Below, piece after piece: positions 16,440 through 26,723 of a stretch of DNA of 64,000 bases. Positions within the stretch are counted from its first letter, which is position 1. Each line of letters begins with the position of its first letter. Made by a program: the position numbers and the translations under genes. The stretch spans positions 7,054 through 71,053 of the forward strand of contig CAVGTO010000002.1 of the NCBI GenBank assembly GCA_963631865.1. Direction: 5' to 3'. Below the pieces are notes generated by a model. It did not search any database. It saw only the letters and a list, made by a program, of their open reading frames with translations, and was not told the origin of the DNA. This DNA is from Eggerthellaceae bacterium (GTDB lineage: Bacteria > Bacteroidota > Bacteroidia > Bacteroidales > Marinilabiliaceae).

Positions 16440-18347
16440 TTAGTTATAGATAGGAGCCGAGGTCATGAGGCACTCGGAACCGCTCCAACCGGGGTTCTGC
16501 TTGAGGACGCTCTCGTCGTCGACGATGTTGATCTGAGAGGTCGGGATGGGCCAGAAGCCGTCGGTATCGGCATAACGCTTAGCCCAAGAGCAAGAAGCGT
16601 GGTGCATTGTGGTCCAGTTGCCGGTGTAGTTGACGCGGGTGTTCTCCTTGCGGTTGAGGGTCTTGGCAGCGAGGCAGGTCTCTCCACCGTCCTTGCCAGA
16701 CCAACGACGGAGGTCGTTGAAGCGGAGACCCTCACAAGCGAACTCGAAGCGGCGCTCGTTCTGGATGTTGATGAGCGAGTAGCTCTCAGCAGGAAGGCCG
16801 GCGCGGGCGCGGACAGCGTTCATGCCATCTGCGTTGCCGGAGAGCTCGGAGTGCATAAGGAGGATGTCAGCGTAGCGCATGAGGACGAAGTCGGTGTAGT
16901 GGGAGCCCTGCATACAGTTACCTGTGAGAGGCGCAGCCGCACCACCATTCTCGAGGCGGTAGAAGTCCCAGAAGGTGTAAGGGCCGTCGGTAGTGCTAGA
17001 CCAGTTGGAAGAACTGTAGCCGGAGACGGGGGTCTTGATATCCTTGACGGTTACGGCAACAAGTTTCTTGTTATAAAGGCCGGCGTCCTCGGTGCAAGAT
17101 GTGGTGTAGGCGAACTTGGTGAGCTCGTTCTCGCAGTCGATGATGGTAGCGGCCTTACGGGGATCGGAGTCGCTCCAATCATCCCAAAGCTGAGCGTTGA
17201 CGGTGCCCTGGCCCCAGCCCTGAGCGTAGGGGAAGGTTTTCTCGCCGCCATTGACATTGCCACTGCCGTCCTCGTCGCAACGGAGAGAGACGTAGAGAGA
17301 AGACATGTTGCAGAAGCCCATGCCGGTGGTGCCGTTCCAAGAAGCGGTGTTGCCGTACTGGATTTGGAAGAGCTGCTCCTCGTTGCCGTTGCCGGCCCAA
17401 GTCTTGCCTGCGTCGTAGAGATCCTTTACGAACTCATAGGACTGGGCGGTGAACTTGTTGGAGTAGTCCCAAAGGAGACGGTAGTCCTCGACGAGGGCAT
17501 ACTGACCGCTGTTCTGGACGTCAGCGAGGATGTCGATGACGTTCTGCTTGGTGAGGGAAGTGCTCTCGACGCCCTGCTGCTCGGGGAGTGTAACTGCCTC
17601 GGGGTTGGCGGTGGCGAGTTCACCGACCTTCTTGTAGAATCCCTCGTAGAACATGTAGGCGCGGGCGAGGTAACCGCCTGCAGCACCCTTGGTGGCGTGG
17701 CCGTCGCCCTGGGTGGTGGAGCCGTAAGTCATGAGGTTATACGCGCTCATGAAGTCGGCGAGGATGTGGGGGTAGATAACCTCCTCGGCGCTCTGCTGGG
17801 GGCAAGGGTCGGGAGCCGCAGCAGTGTAGTATGCAGGGATGTCGCCCCACATCTGCGCGCCCCAGAGGTAGAAGAGACCGCGGAGGAAGTAAGCCTCGCC
17901 GAGGAGCTGCTTGCGCGTGGTCTCGTCGATGCTGTTCATAATGGACTCGTCGGTGTTGAGGATAGCGTTGGCGCGGGCGATGGCCACGTAGGTAACGTGC
18001 CAAGTGTTGTTGCTCGAGCTGGTAGAGGTGCCGAAGTAGTCGGTATTGGTGACCATGAGGTGACCGATAGCGTGGCACTCCGTATCGCCTGTACCGCCGC
18101 CGCCGTTGCAGTCGTCACTTGCGAGGATGTTGACGAAGAAGGGAGCGTTGAGAGGGTTATTGGAGATGGAGTTGAGACAGCCGTAGAGGGCAGCGAGCTC
18201 CTTGTTGAGGTCGGCTGCGGAGCCAGGGTAGTTACCCGAGTTGGCCTCCGTGTAGTTTTCGCTGTCGAGGAAGTCGTCGCACGACGAGAAAGAGAGTGCG
18301 AGCGACGCGGCGGCAGCCAGTGCTATAAATTTTTTCATAATTAGCAT
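16440..18347 (-). CDS. SusD/RagB family nutrient-binding outer-membrane lipoprotein
   Basis: Lipobox 'SFSSCDDFLD', typical SusD length and motifs, and a position 18 nt downstream of SusC. An alternative ATG lies at 18338. Confidence 0.85.
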   Translation of the reverse strand: MLIMKKFIALAAAASLALSFSSCDDFLDSENYTEANSGNYPGSAADLNKELAALYGCLNSISNNPLNAPFFVNILASDDCNGGGGTGDTECHAIGHLMVTNTDYFGTSTSSSNNTWHVTYVAIARANAILNTDESIMNSIDETTRKQLLGEAYFLRGLFYLWGAQMWGDIPAYYTAAAPDPCPQQSAEEVIYPHILADFMSAYNLMTYGSTTQGDGHATKGAAGGYLARAYMFYEGFYKKVGELATANPEAVTLPEQQGVESTSLTKQNVIDILADVQNSGQYALVEDYRLLWDYSNKFTAQSYEFVKDLYDAGKTWAGNGNEEQLFQIQYGNTASWNGTTGMGFCNMSSLYVSLRCDEDGSGNVNGGEKTFPYAQGWGQGTVNAQLWDDWSDSDPRKAATIIDCENELTKFAYTTSCTEDAGLYNKKLVAVTVKDIKTPVSGYSSSNWSSTTDGPYTFWDFYRLENGGAAAPLTGNCMQGSHYTDFVLMRYADILLMHSELSGNADGMNAVRARAGLPAESYSLINIQNERRFEFACEGLRFNDLRRWSGKDGGETCLAAKTLNRKENTRVNYTGNWTTMHHASCSWAKRYADTDGFWPIPTSQINIVDDESVLKQNPGWSGSECLMTSAPIYN

Positions 18348-18365
18348 CTAAAGGATTGGAGACAC

Positions 18366-21300
18366 TTAGAACTTGATGTTGACGCCGGCGATGTAGGTGC
18401 GAGCGGTAGGATAGAGGCCGAGATCGACACCCTTAGCCCAATCGTTTGTGCCACCAGAAGCACCGACCTCAGGATCGACACCGGTGTACTTGGTGAAGCA
18501 AGCTACGTTCTGAGCCTGGACATAGATGCGGAGCTGGCCGAATGGCGAGGACTTCCAGAGGTTCTTGGTGAAGTCGTAGCCGATGGTGATGTTCTGGATC
18601 TTGAAGAAGTCGGCGTCCTGCATATAGTTGGTAGAGACCCAGCTGTAGTTCTCGTTGCCGTAGCCGAGGCGGGGCTTGCTGTTGCTGGTGCCCTCACCGT
18701 GCCAACGGTCAAAGACATCCTTAGTGTAGTTGATGTAGGGGTTAGCGAGGAGTGCGGTGCGGTAGCACTGCATGATCTGATGACCGAAGGCGCCGCTGCC
18801 GCTAACGCTGAAGTCGAGACCCTTCCAGTCGAGGCCGAGGGTGACACCGAGAGTAACGTCGGGGTTCGGGTCGCCAATCTCGTGGCGGTCGTTGTCGAGG
18901 TCAATCTTGCCGTCGCCGTTCCAGTCGTCCCAGATACAGTCGCCAGGGCGAGCATTGTCGAGGACAGCCTTGCCAGCATTGCGAGCCTCATCGATCTGAG
19001 ACTGGTTCTGCCAGATGCCGCTGTAGCTCATGCCGCTGAAGTAGCCGATAGCGTGGCCCTTCTCGACGAGGGAGACGTAAGAAGAGTTCTGGAAGAGAGC
19101 CGAGCCGGTGCTATCGCCGATGCGGCCGGAAGCAGTGCCGAGCTTGGTAACCTCGTTCTTGTTGTAGGCAACGTTTACGCCGACATTGTAGTGGATGTCG
19201 CCCTTGGTATCGTTCCAAGTGAGGGCGACCTCAATACCCTTGTTATCGACATCGCCGCCGTTAATGTAGGCAGCCTCCTCATAACCGAAGACGTCCTGCG
19301 TGGGGGCCTGGACGAGCCAGTCCTTGGTGGTCTTCTTGTACCAGTCGAAGTTGAGGCCGAGGCGGCTGTCGAGGAAGCGAGCGTCGAAGCCGATGTTGAG
19401 CTGCTCAGATGTCTCCCACGTAACGTCGGGGTTAGGCTGGTTGCGGGCGTAAGCGCCGGTGGTGTAGTTGCCAGCGCCAGTGGTGTAGCCGTTGTCGGAA
19501 CTGAACTTATAGCCGTAGTCGGCGTAGTCGGAGGGCGAGAAGCCGATGTTGGAGAGGTAGACGTAGTTGTCGATATTACAGTTACCGTTCTGGCCCCAAG
19601 AAGCGCGGATCTTGAGGAAGTCGAGGACGCCAGTGGTATTCTGCATGAAATCCTCACTGGTCATGACCCAGCCGAGAGAAGCGGAGGGGAAGAAGCCCCA
19701 ACGGTTGCCGCGAGAGAAGTTGTTGGAAGCATCACCACGGACGATGAGGGTGGCGAGGTACTTCTCGTTGTAGTTGTAGTTGATACGGCCGAAGACAGAG
19801 GCGATGGTGCCCTGGCCCTCATTGGCGGTTCCGGTGACGCCGGTGACCTGGCTGAGGTCGTAGTTGGAGATGAGGTTGTAGTTGTAGCCGTTGAGGACGA
19901 GGGAGTTGATCTGGTCAGCGCCAGCCTGAGCTGTTGCGGTCATATCGGAGCTCCAGAGAGTCTTCTCGACAGACTGGCCTACGAGGATGTCGAAGTGGTT
20001 GCCAGCGAACTCAGGGACGACGTAAGAGAGGGTGTTCTCAACGTTGATGCTGGAGCTTGCGCCAGCAGCCTGATAGACGCTGTAGTTAGAGCCGGACTCG
20101 GTAGAGCTGGTGCTGTAGGGAAGGCCGGCGCGCTTGTTGGAGTATGCGGAGTAGCCGGTGTTGAACTGGCCGCGGTACTTGAGGTTCTTGATGAACTCGA
20201 CCTCGAGGAAGAAGGTAGCGCCTACGCCGAAGTCGCGGTTGCGGTTGATGGAGTTACGGCCGCCGTTGTAGAGAGTCTGGAGAGGGTTGGAGAAAATCAT
20301 GGAAGAGAAGCCAGCGCCGTTCTTCTCGTAAGAGACGAGGCTGCCGTCCTCGTTCCAAGCCGGAGTAAGAGGAGAGGCTGCGTATGCGTCGTGCATGACG
20401 TTCCAGTAACCATTGCCCTCGGAGAGGTCGTGGCTCTTATGATACCAGAAAGAGAGGTTCTCACCGATCTTGATGACGTCGCGGTTGTCCTTCTTGCTGC
20501 GATAGAGGACGTGGTCGGAGTTGATGCGACCACCGTATCGACGGTAGTTGGAGGCGTTGCTGCCACCCATGATACCATCCTGATCGGAGTAGTTGATCGA
20601 CATAGCGAACTTAGAGCGGTCGGAGCCGCCGGTAAGGCTGAAGGCGTGGCTCTGCTGGATGGCGTCCTTGTTTTGGAACTCCTTGAACCAGTCGGTGCCG
20701 TCCCAACCATTGTTGACCTTCTCGAGGATGTAGTCGGGGACCATTGAAGACCAGTCAACAGGGCTGCCGGTCTCGTTGAAGACGGCCTCGTTGACAACGT
20801 TCATATAGTCATGGGCGCCGAGGGTGGCGGGACGCTTGAGGGCGTTGGATACGCCTACATAGCCATCATACTGAGCAGTGACCTTGCCTTCCTTACCCTG
20901 CTTGGTGGTGACGAGGATGACGCCGTTGGCAGCGCGTGCACCGTAGATGGCGGCCGAGGCAGCGTCCTTGAGGACGTCGATGCTCTCGATATCGTTGGGG
21001 TTGAGGCCGTTGAGACCGTCGTTAGCGGTGCCGCTCTGGACGCCGTCGATGATAAGGAGAGGAGAAGAGGTGCCGATGGTACCAGCACCACGGATGTTGA
21101 CCTTGAAGCCCTTGCCAGGCTGCGCGGAGCTCTGGGTGATTGAGACGCCAGGAGAGACGGACTGCATGGCGGTGAGGGCGTTGGTGGTGTTCATCTTAGC
21201 GATCTCGTCGCCAGCCACCTGGACGGTAGCGCCAGTGACGAGTTTCTTCTTCTGGACACCGTAACCGACAACGACAACCTCGTCGAGGTCGGAAGCCTCG

Positions 21301-21629
21301 TCCTCCATGGTTACGTTGACGGGAGCGCCAGTGAAGGCAGCCTCCTGGCTCTTGAAGCCGAGGAAGGAGAACACGAGGGTGTTACCTTTCTCAGCCTGGA
21401 GGGAGTACTTACCATCGAAGTCGGTTACCGTACCGATGGTGGTACCCTTAACGACGACGGCAACGCCCGGGAGGGGTTGGCCATCGGCCTTTGAGACGAC
21501 CGTACCCGAGGCTGTCTGGGCCTGGGCGAAGGTCTGAGCCACCATGCCCTGCACGCACAGCAGCAAAGCAACGAGCCACGCCGTGAGGGCGAGCCTGCCA
21601 CTTGTAGAGATTCTCTGTTTGTTAATCAT
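18366..21629 (-). CDS. SusC/RagA family TonB-linked outer-membrane transporter
   Basis: 1087 aa. N-terminal carboxypeptidase-regulatory-like 'GTVVSKADGQPLPGVAVVVKGTTIGTVTDFDGKYSL', a plug domain, and a C-terminal beta-barrel ending '...IAGVNIKF'. No STN domain. Confidence 0.9.
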   Translation of the reverse strand: MINKQRISTSGRLALTAWLVALLLCVQGMVAQTFAQAQTASGTVVSKADGQPLPGVAVVVKGTTIGTVTDFDGKYSLQAEKGNTLVFSFLGFKSQEAAFTGAPVNVTMEDEASDLDEVVVVGYGVQKKKLVTGATVQVAGDEIAKMNTTNALTAMQSVSPGVSITQSSAQPGKGFKVNIRGAGTIGTSSPLLIIDGVQSGTANDGLNGLNPNDIESIDVLKDAASAAIYGARAANGVILVTTKQGKEGKVTAQYDGYVGVSNALKRPATLGAHDYMNVVNEAVFNETGSPVDWSSMVPDYILEKVNNGWDGTDWFKEFQNKDAIQQSHAFSLTGGSDRSKFAMSINYSDQDGIMGGSNASNYRRYGGRINSDHVLYRSKKDNRDVIKIGENLSFWYHKSHDLSEGNGYWNVMHDAYAASPLTPAWNEDGSLVSYEKNGAGFSSMIFSNPLQTLYNGGRNSINRNRDFGVGATFFLEVEFIKNLKYRGQFNTGYSAYSNKRAGLPYSTSSTESGSNYSVYQAAGASSSINVENTLSYVVPEFAGNHFDILVGQSVEKTLWSSDMTATAQAGADQINSLVLNGYNYNLISNYDLSQVTGVTGTANEGQGTIASVFGRINYNYNEKYLATLIVRGDASNNFSRGNRWGFFPSASLGWVMTSEDFMQNTTGVLDFLKIRASWGQNGNCNIDNYVYLSNIGFSPSDYADYGYKFSSDNGYTTGAGNYTTGAYARNQPNPDVTWETSEQLNIGFDARFLDSRLGLNFDWYKKTTKDWLVQAPTQDVFGYEEAAYINGGDVDNKGIEVALTWNDTKGDIHYNVGVNVAYNKNEVTKLGTASGRIGDSTGSALFQNSSYVSLVEKGHAIGYFSGMSYSGIWQNQSQIDEARNAGKAVLDNARPGDCIWDDWNGDGKIDLDNDRHEIGDPNPDVTLGVTLGLDWKGLDFSVSGSGAFGHQIMQCYRTALLANPYINYTKDVFDRWHGEGTSNSKPRLGYGNENYSWVSTNYMQDADFFKIQNITIGYDFTKNLWKSSPFGQLRIYVQAQNVACFTKYTGVDPEVGASGGTNDWAKGVDLGLYPTARTYIAGVNIKF

Positions 21630-22405
21630 AAGATCATTTATTGGTGTTGAGGAGTTCTCAAACGCGATTGTTAATTCTCGTTTTGAACCACAAGCAAAGT
21701 TCGCACTTGTTAATGTCTTTTAACGATACTATTTTTTCAGTTGATTGTATTATTTAAACATTTTAACGGTCTGAGTGGTGGACAAGAGTGGCGGAACGGG
21801 TTTCATATTTGGAGGAGGCTGACCTCGGGCGGCTCATGAGTCAGGTTTGAGAGGGACTGTTTTTGCTGTGTCTTGAGAGTGATTTGGGGTTTTATTGCCT
21901 AATCTTTGGCAGAGGTTGTTTTTTATTTCGCTGTTCGCGGAGTTCGTATCGCAAGAAACTTAGTCTTGGCGGGTGGATTATAACGCCGCACGACGGATTG
22001 TATAAATTTATCTTTTGTTCGTTTTTGTGGCGAACAGAAAGAGGAGTGGAGTACGATAATGGATTTGACATATATTTGCTTTTGGGCTATTCTTGTCGGG
22101 CTTCGGACGTATCGTTTTATTTACTTTGCGTTAATTTGTGGAAAATCTCATCAATGTGGAATTCGGATAGACGGGTGATTTGATCTCTATCGCCAGGTCA
22201 GAATCGACTTTCGGTGTACGCCCCTTAGATAGTACCCCCCCGAAATTATTTGACATTTTTTTACATTCTATTTTTTTCCGCACAGTTTTACGCAACCTCT
22301 TGTGATTTACAATGCATTAATACTGAAAAACCCGAACCGCCACTTCGGATTATTCGGAAATATCTGAAGTCGCTGTTAGGATTTTTCGGGAAATAGAGGC
22401 AAATG

Positions 22406-22799
22406 TTAAGATATGCAAAGCATATCAGTCAATTGCAGAAAGTAGTCGTTCGACCAAATATTTAGCTCATTAGGATTTCTGACAAAGGGAAGGACGTCGG
22501 CCTTAACTTGATTTATATCAGCAGAAGAGAGCCTAGCCCTCAACAAATCATGAATGCTCGAAATCAAAATTAACATTAGGCTCGACAAGAGAGAAATCCA
22601 TATCCTCCGAGAAGCGTTGAAGACCGTGGAATATGCGCAGGCACGTGCCGCCATAGAAAGCAGCCACATCAAAGAACCCACCATTGTAGAGGCCAGCAAG
22701 GATGACTTGCTGATTCACCTCGAAAATAGCATTTCTGCGCTGCTGCTCGGTTGTGAGCTCATACGCCGACAACATCTCGTCGTAAATCTCGTTCTTCAT
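22406..22799 (-). pseudogene. abiEii: Decayed AbiEii-type nucleotidyltransferase toxin (frameshifted, internally deleted)
   Basis: The 22548..22799 ORF carries the N-terminal 'FYGGTCLRIFHGLQRFSEDMDFS' motif and then stops. A second frame (22406..22699) carries a C-terminal-like tail. Together they make about 130 codons, against my recollection of about 250-300 for intact members. Confidence 0.55.
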
Positions 22800-23422
22800 T
22801 TTCTCAAATATTCAATTAAAGTCATTATAGAATTTGCCTTCTTTCCGACTGCCGCATACTTCTCAAAAACAGACACGTCCATCTTTAATAAATCAGATAC
22901 AGACATACGTATGTCATCTTCGAGATAACGCTCTACATCTCGGCGGTAACGCAAATTTACCTGTGGCGAAGAAGCTATGAGGTCGCACAAAGCCCTCTCT
23001 GGGGTGGCAATAAGGAAAGACACACCCTCACCTCGAGCAATAGACACGCCCACAGAGAAGGCGTCCCTCTCGACAGTCTTGTAATCGAACCTGCCGAGCG
23101 GAGTGTTAAAAGTCCGCGAATGCTTAATTGTCATTGACTGGACAGTGTAGACAGTCTCAGGGATAAGGCCATAGAACCTCAATGCGGAGGACATTGAGAC
23201 AAAAGACGGCGCATAAATATGATTAGCGATGAGTTCTGCCGATAGCACCGTGCCAGACTCGGCAGGCGACACCACATAGAGCCCTTTCTTGAGCCTGATG
23301 ACATCGCCATGCCGTTCAAGACTGCGCACCTTCTGATTTCCCGCCCGCACATCGGGGAAAAGCGACGCCAGCGCAGCGGTTGTGATAGGAACCTTTGATA
23401 TTTCCTTCAATGAATTCTCCAT
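22796..23422 (-). CDS. abiEi: AbiEi-type (type IV TA) antitoxin/transcriptional regulator
   Basis: 'LERHGDVIRLKKGLYV', 'HIYAPSFVSMSSALRFYGLIPE' and 'ATPERALCDL' are typical AbiEi features. The ATG at 23422 is preferred over the 23515 ORF start. The stop overlaps the toxin start (ATGA). Confidence 0.7.
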   Translation of the reverse strand: MENSLKEISKVPITTAALASLFPDVRAGNQKVRSLERHGDVIRLKKGLYVVSPAESGTVLSAELIANHIYAPSFVSMSSALRFYGLIPETVYTVQSMTIKHSRTFNTPLGRFDYKTVERDAFSVGVSIARGEGVSFLIATPERALCDLIASSPQVNLRYRRDVERYLEDDIRMSVSDLLKMDVSVFEKYAAVGKKANSIMTLIEYLRK

Positions 23423-23545
23423 ACGCGATAATAGCAAAATTTCGCACAGAAAAGCAACAATTACTTGCTTTTCTGTACGAAATCTGACTGCTTTTCGGTT
23501 GTCAGTGCCCTCCACCGCTACAGCTAGTCAAAAGTCCGCAGAAAA

Positions 23546-23596
23546 CGCCCGGGGCTCGCACCCCGGGCTAGCTTACCACGCCCGCGTTGGGGCGTC
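23546..23596 (+). repeat. GC-rich double-hairpin repeat, copy A
   Basis: cgCCCGGGGctcgcaCCCCGGGctagcttaccACGCCCgcgttgGGGCGTc. Related copies at 23681-23727 (inverted), 54075-54125 and 58133-58190, with a partial copy at 41243-41282. Confidence 0.7.
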
Positions 23597-23680
23597 ATCA
23601 CCCCGCAATCCAGAATTTGAGATGGAATTTTCAAAAAAACATCTCAAAATCTCATCTCAAAATACCGTCTCAAACCAACG

Positions 23681-23727
23681 AAGCCCCAAAGGGGTGTGGT
23701 AAGACAGCTAGGGGCGCAAGCCCATGG
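23681..23727 (-). repeat. GC-rich repeat, copy B (inverted relative to copy A)
   Basis: The reverse complement reads gccatgggcttgcgcccctagctgtcttaccacacccctttggggctt, close to copy D's cttaccacgcccctttggggcttcgtt. Confidence 0.65.
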
Positions 23728-23765
23728 CTATTGCAAGTCAAAAGTTCCCCACAAAAAATAGCAGA

Positions 23766-23814
23766 CAACTGCACTAGACTGTGAACTGTAAACTGCTAAC
23801 TGTGAACTGAAAAG
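23766..23814 (-). repeat. Heptamer array (7 units, AACTG orientation)
   Basis: caactgc actagac tgtgaac tgtaaac tgctaac tgtgaac tgaaaag. Confidence 0.8.
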
Positions 23815-23845
23815 CCCCCCGACACCAATAAAGGTGTCGAGGGGC
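23810..23845 (-). terminator. Rho-independent terminator of frdCAB
   Basis: On the minus strand, GCCCCTCGACACC-tttatt-GGTGTCGGGGGGC followed by TTTTC. Lies about 90 nt after the frdB stop. Confidence 0.6.
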
Positions 23846-23893
23846 TTTAAAGATATTCAAGGGCAGATCAAGACGTCAGCAGGCGGAAGCGCC

Positions 23894-23921
23894 TAAACTG
23901 CGGACTGTGAACTGCGGGCTG
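23894..23921 (-). repeat. Short heptamer array just downstream (about 10 nt) of the frdB stop
   Basis: taaactg cggactg tgaactg cgggctg. Confidence 0.6.
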
Positions 23922-23932
23922 AGAGCCAGATA

Positions 23933-24688
23933 TTAGTCCTTCAGCTTAGCCTTGAGGAACTCGCGGTTGAGGCGAGCGATGTTGGCGATAGAGACGCCCT
24001 TAGGGCACTCAGCCTCGCATGCGCCGGTGTTGGTGCAGTTGCCGAAGCCGAGCTCGTCCATCTTGGCAACCATAGCCTTGGCGCGGCGAGCAGCCTCTAC
24101 TCGGCCCTGGGGAAGGAGAGCGAACTGGCTGACCTTGGCAGAGACGAAGAGCATAGCCGAACCGTTCTTGCAGGCAGCAGCGCAAGCGCCACAGCCGATG
24201 CACTGAGCGGCATCCATAGCCTTGTCGGCAGCCTCCTTAGAAATGGGGAGCGCGTTGGCATCCTGAGCTGCGCCGCAACGGATTGAGGTGTAGCCACCAG
24301 CCTGCATGATCTTATCGTAAGCAGAGCGGTCGACCATGAGGTCGCGGATGACGGGGAAGCCTGCAGAGCGCCACGGCTCGATGGTGATGGTGTCGCCATC
24401 GTTGAAGGTGCGCATGTGGAGCTGGCAAGTGGTGGTCTTGGCGTTGACACCGTGTGGGTGGCCATTGATGTAGAGCGAGCACATGCCACAGATACCCTCG
24501 CGGCAGTCGTGGTCAAAGACGACGGGCTCCTCGTGCTTGGCGACGAGCTTCTCGTTGAGGGTGTCGAGCATCTCGAGGAACGACATGTTGACGGAGATGC
24601 CAGGCATATCGTAGGTCTCGAAGTGGCCCTTCTCCTTAGGTCCTCTCTGACGCCAGACCTTGAGCGTGATATTTATAGTCTTATCCAT
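23933..24688 (-). CDS. frdB: Fumarate reductase / succinate dehydrogenase iron-sulfur subunit
   Basis: 251 aa. 2Fe-2S '[10 protein letters not shown]' and ferredoxin-type '[11 protein letters not shown]' and '[12 protein letters not shown]' clusters. Confidence 0.95.
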   Translation of the reverse strand: MDKTINITLKVWRQRGPKEKGHFETYDMPGISVNMSFLEMLDTLNEKLVAKHEEPVVFDHDCREGICGMCSLYINGHPHGVNAKTTTCQLHMRTFNDGDTITIEPWRSAGFPVIRDLMVDRSAYDKIMQAGGYTSIRCGAAQDANALPISKEAADKAMDAAQCIGCGACAAACKNGSAMLFVSAKVSQFALLPQGRVEAARRAKAMVAKMDELGFGNCTNTGACEAECPKGVSIANIARLNREFLKAKLKD

Positions 24689-24712
24689 TGGAATCGATGA
24701 TCGGTAAAGGGG

Positions 24713-26659
24713 TTAGTTCTTGTAGTTACGGGTCTTACGCTCGGTCTCCTCGTAGGTGAGGTCCTCCTTGAGCATCTCAGGGTCCTGATCCTCACCCATG
24801 TAGTGCCAGCAGGCAGCGTAGCTGAACTTGTCGTCGTGGCGGAGTGCCTCGCCGTCCTCAGTCTGATGCTCCTCGCGGAAGTGGCCGCCACAGCTCTCCT
24901 CGCGGTTGAGCGCGTCGATGGCGATGAGGTAACCGATGTCGATGAAGTCGGAGAGGCGGAGAGCCTTCTCGAGCTCCGTGTTGAGGTCGTCGGCCTTACC
25001 GGGGACGTAGACGTTGCTCCAGAACTCCTTCTTGATATCCTTGATGAGACCGAGAGCCTTGGTGAGGCCCTCCTTGGTGCGACCCATACCGACGTACTCC
25101 CACATGACGTGGCCGAGCTCCTTGTGGATGGAGTCAACAGAGCGCTTGCCCTGGATAGCCATGATCTTTGCGATCTTCTCCTTGACACCCTTCTCAGCCT
25201 CGTCGAACTCGGGGGCGGTGGTGGGGATGCGCGGAACCTGGATCTGGTCTGCGAGATAGTTCTGGATGGTGTACGGGAGGACGAAGTAACCGTCGGCGAG
25301 ACCCTGCATGAGGGCGGAAGCGCCGAGGCGGTTAGCGCCGTGATCCGAGAAGTTAGCCTCGCCGAGGCAGAAGAGGCCAGGGATAGAGGTCTGGAGCTCG
25401 TAGTCTACCCAGATGCCGCCCATGGTGTAGTGGATGGCGGGGAAGATCATCATAGGAGTCTTGTAAGGATTCTGAGCCATGATCTTCTCATACATCTCGA
25501 AGAGGTTGCCGTAACGCTCGCGGACGCGGTCCTCGCCAAGGCGCTGGATGGCGTACTTGAAGTCGAGGAAGACAGCGAGACCGGTCTCGTTTACGCCGAA
25601 GCCAGCGTCACAACGCTCCTTAGCGGCACGCGAAGCCACGTCACGGGGGACGAGGTTACCGAAGGCCGGGTAGCGGCGCTCGAGGTAGAAGTCGCGATCC
25701 TCGTCGGGGATGTCGTTGGCGGTCTTCTTGCCAGCGCGGATGGCCTCAGCGTCCTCCTTCTTCTTGGGGACCCAGATGCGGCCGTCGTTGCGGAGAGACT
25801 CCGACATGAGGGTCAGCTTGGACTGGATGTCGCCGTGGACAGGGATACAGGTCGGGTGGATCTGGCAGTAGCAGGGGTTAGCGAAGTAAGCGCCCTTGCG
25901 GTAGATCTGCATGGCTGCCGAGCCATTGGAACCCATGGCGTTGGTGGAGAGGAAATAGGTGTTGCCGTAACCGCCGGTTGCGATGACGACGGCATGGCCG
26001 AAGTAACGCTCAATCTCGCCGGTGATGAGGTTGCGGACGATGATACCGCGTGCGCGGCCCTCGATGATGACGACGTCGAGCATCTCACGACGAGAGTACA
26101 TCTTGACGGTGCCGTTCTTGATCTCCTTGCAGAGCGAAGAGTAAGCGCCGAGGAGGAGCTGCTGACCGGTCTGGCCGCGGGCGTAGAACGTACGGCTTAC
26201 CTGCGCGCCACCGAATGAACGGTTGGCGAGGAGACCGCCGTACTCACGTGCGAAGGGCACACCCTGAGCGACGCACTGGTCGATGATATTGTTAGACACC
26301 TCGGCGAGGCGGTAGACGTTAGCCTCACGAGCGCGGTAGTCGCCGCCCTTGATGGTGTCGTAGTAGAGGCGATATACAGAGTCGCCGTCGTTCTGGTAGT
26401 TCTTGGCGGCGTTGATGCCACCCTGCGCAGCGATGGAGTGAGCGCGGCGGGGGCTATCCTGGATGCAGAAGTTGAGGACGTTGAAGCCCATCTCGCCGAG
26501 GGTAGATGCGGCTGACGCGCCTGCGAGACCGGTACCTACGACGATGATGTCGAGCTTACGCTTGTTGGCGGGGTTGACGAGTTTCTGGTGAGCCTTGTAG
26601 TTAGTCCACTTCTGCGCCAACGGACCCTGAGGGATCTTGGAATCTATAGTGTTTGCCAT
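24713..26659 (-). CDS. frdA: Fumarate reductase / succinate dehydrogenase flavoprotein subunit
   Basis: 648 aa. FAD fold '[15 protein letters not shown]', '[14 protein letters not shown]', 'HYTMGG'. Confidence 0.95.
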   Translation of the reverse strand: MANTIDSKIPQGPLAQKWTNYKAHQKLVNPANKRKLDIIVVGTGLAGASAASTLGEMGFNVLNFCIQDSPRRAHSIAAQGGINAAKNYQNDGDSVYRLYYDTIKGGDYRAREANVYRLAEVSNNIIDQCVAQGVPFAREYGGLLANRSFGGAQVSRTFYARGQTGQQLLLGAYSSLCKEIKNGTVKMYSRREMLDVVIIEGRARGIIVRNLITGEIERYFGHAVVIATGGYGNTYFLSTNAMGSNGSAAMQIYRKGAYFANPCYCQIHPTCIPVHGDIQSKLTLMSESLRNDGRIWVPKKKEDAEAIRAGKKTANDIPDEDRDFYLERRYPAFGNLVPRDVASRAAKERCDAGFGVNETGLAVFLDFKYAIQRLGEDRVRERYGNLFEMYEKIMAQNPYKTPMMIFPAIHYTMGGIWVDYELQTSIPGLFCLGEANFSDHGANRLGASALMQGLADGYFVLPYTIQNYLADQIQVPRIPTTAPEFDEAEKGVKEKIAKIMAIQGKRSVDSIHKELGHVMWEYVGMGRTKEGLTKALGLIKDIKKEFWSNVYVPGKADDLNTELEKALRLSDFIDIGYLIAIDALNREESCGGHFREEHQTEDGEALRHDDKFSYAACWHYMGEDQDPEMLKEDLTYEETERKTRNYKN

Positions 26660-26723
26660 GATGTTCTAATGGAAAAGTCAAATGGTTGTTGTTTCCTGAT
26701 GAAAGCTAAGTCGCAAGAGAGAC

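Noticed and set aside
16362-20747. Very long plus-strand ORFs (16362..18344, 660 aa; 18699..20747, 682 aa)
   Set aside because: They are antisense shadows of the SusD and SusC genes. Their V/G/A/E/D-rich composition with no motifs is typical of the reverse frame of GC-rich coding DNA.
21863-22183. 106-aa ORF in the A/T-rich spacer
   Set aside because: It has F/L/C/S-rich composition, no homology cues and no plausible promoter or start context. It was treated as non-coding.
23382-23784. Two ORFs (106 aa and 65 aa) across the GC-rich repeat pair
   Set aside because: They run through the inverted repeats and the A/T-rich core. The sequence is better explained as a MITE/REP-like element.
24803-26218. 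471-aa plus-strand ORF
   Set aside because: It is antisense to the clearly identified fumarate reductase flavoprotein gene.
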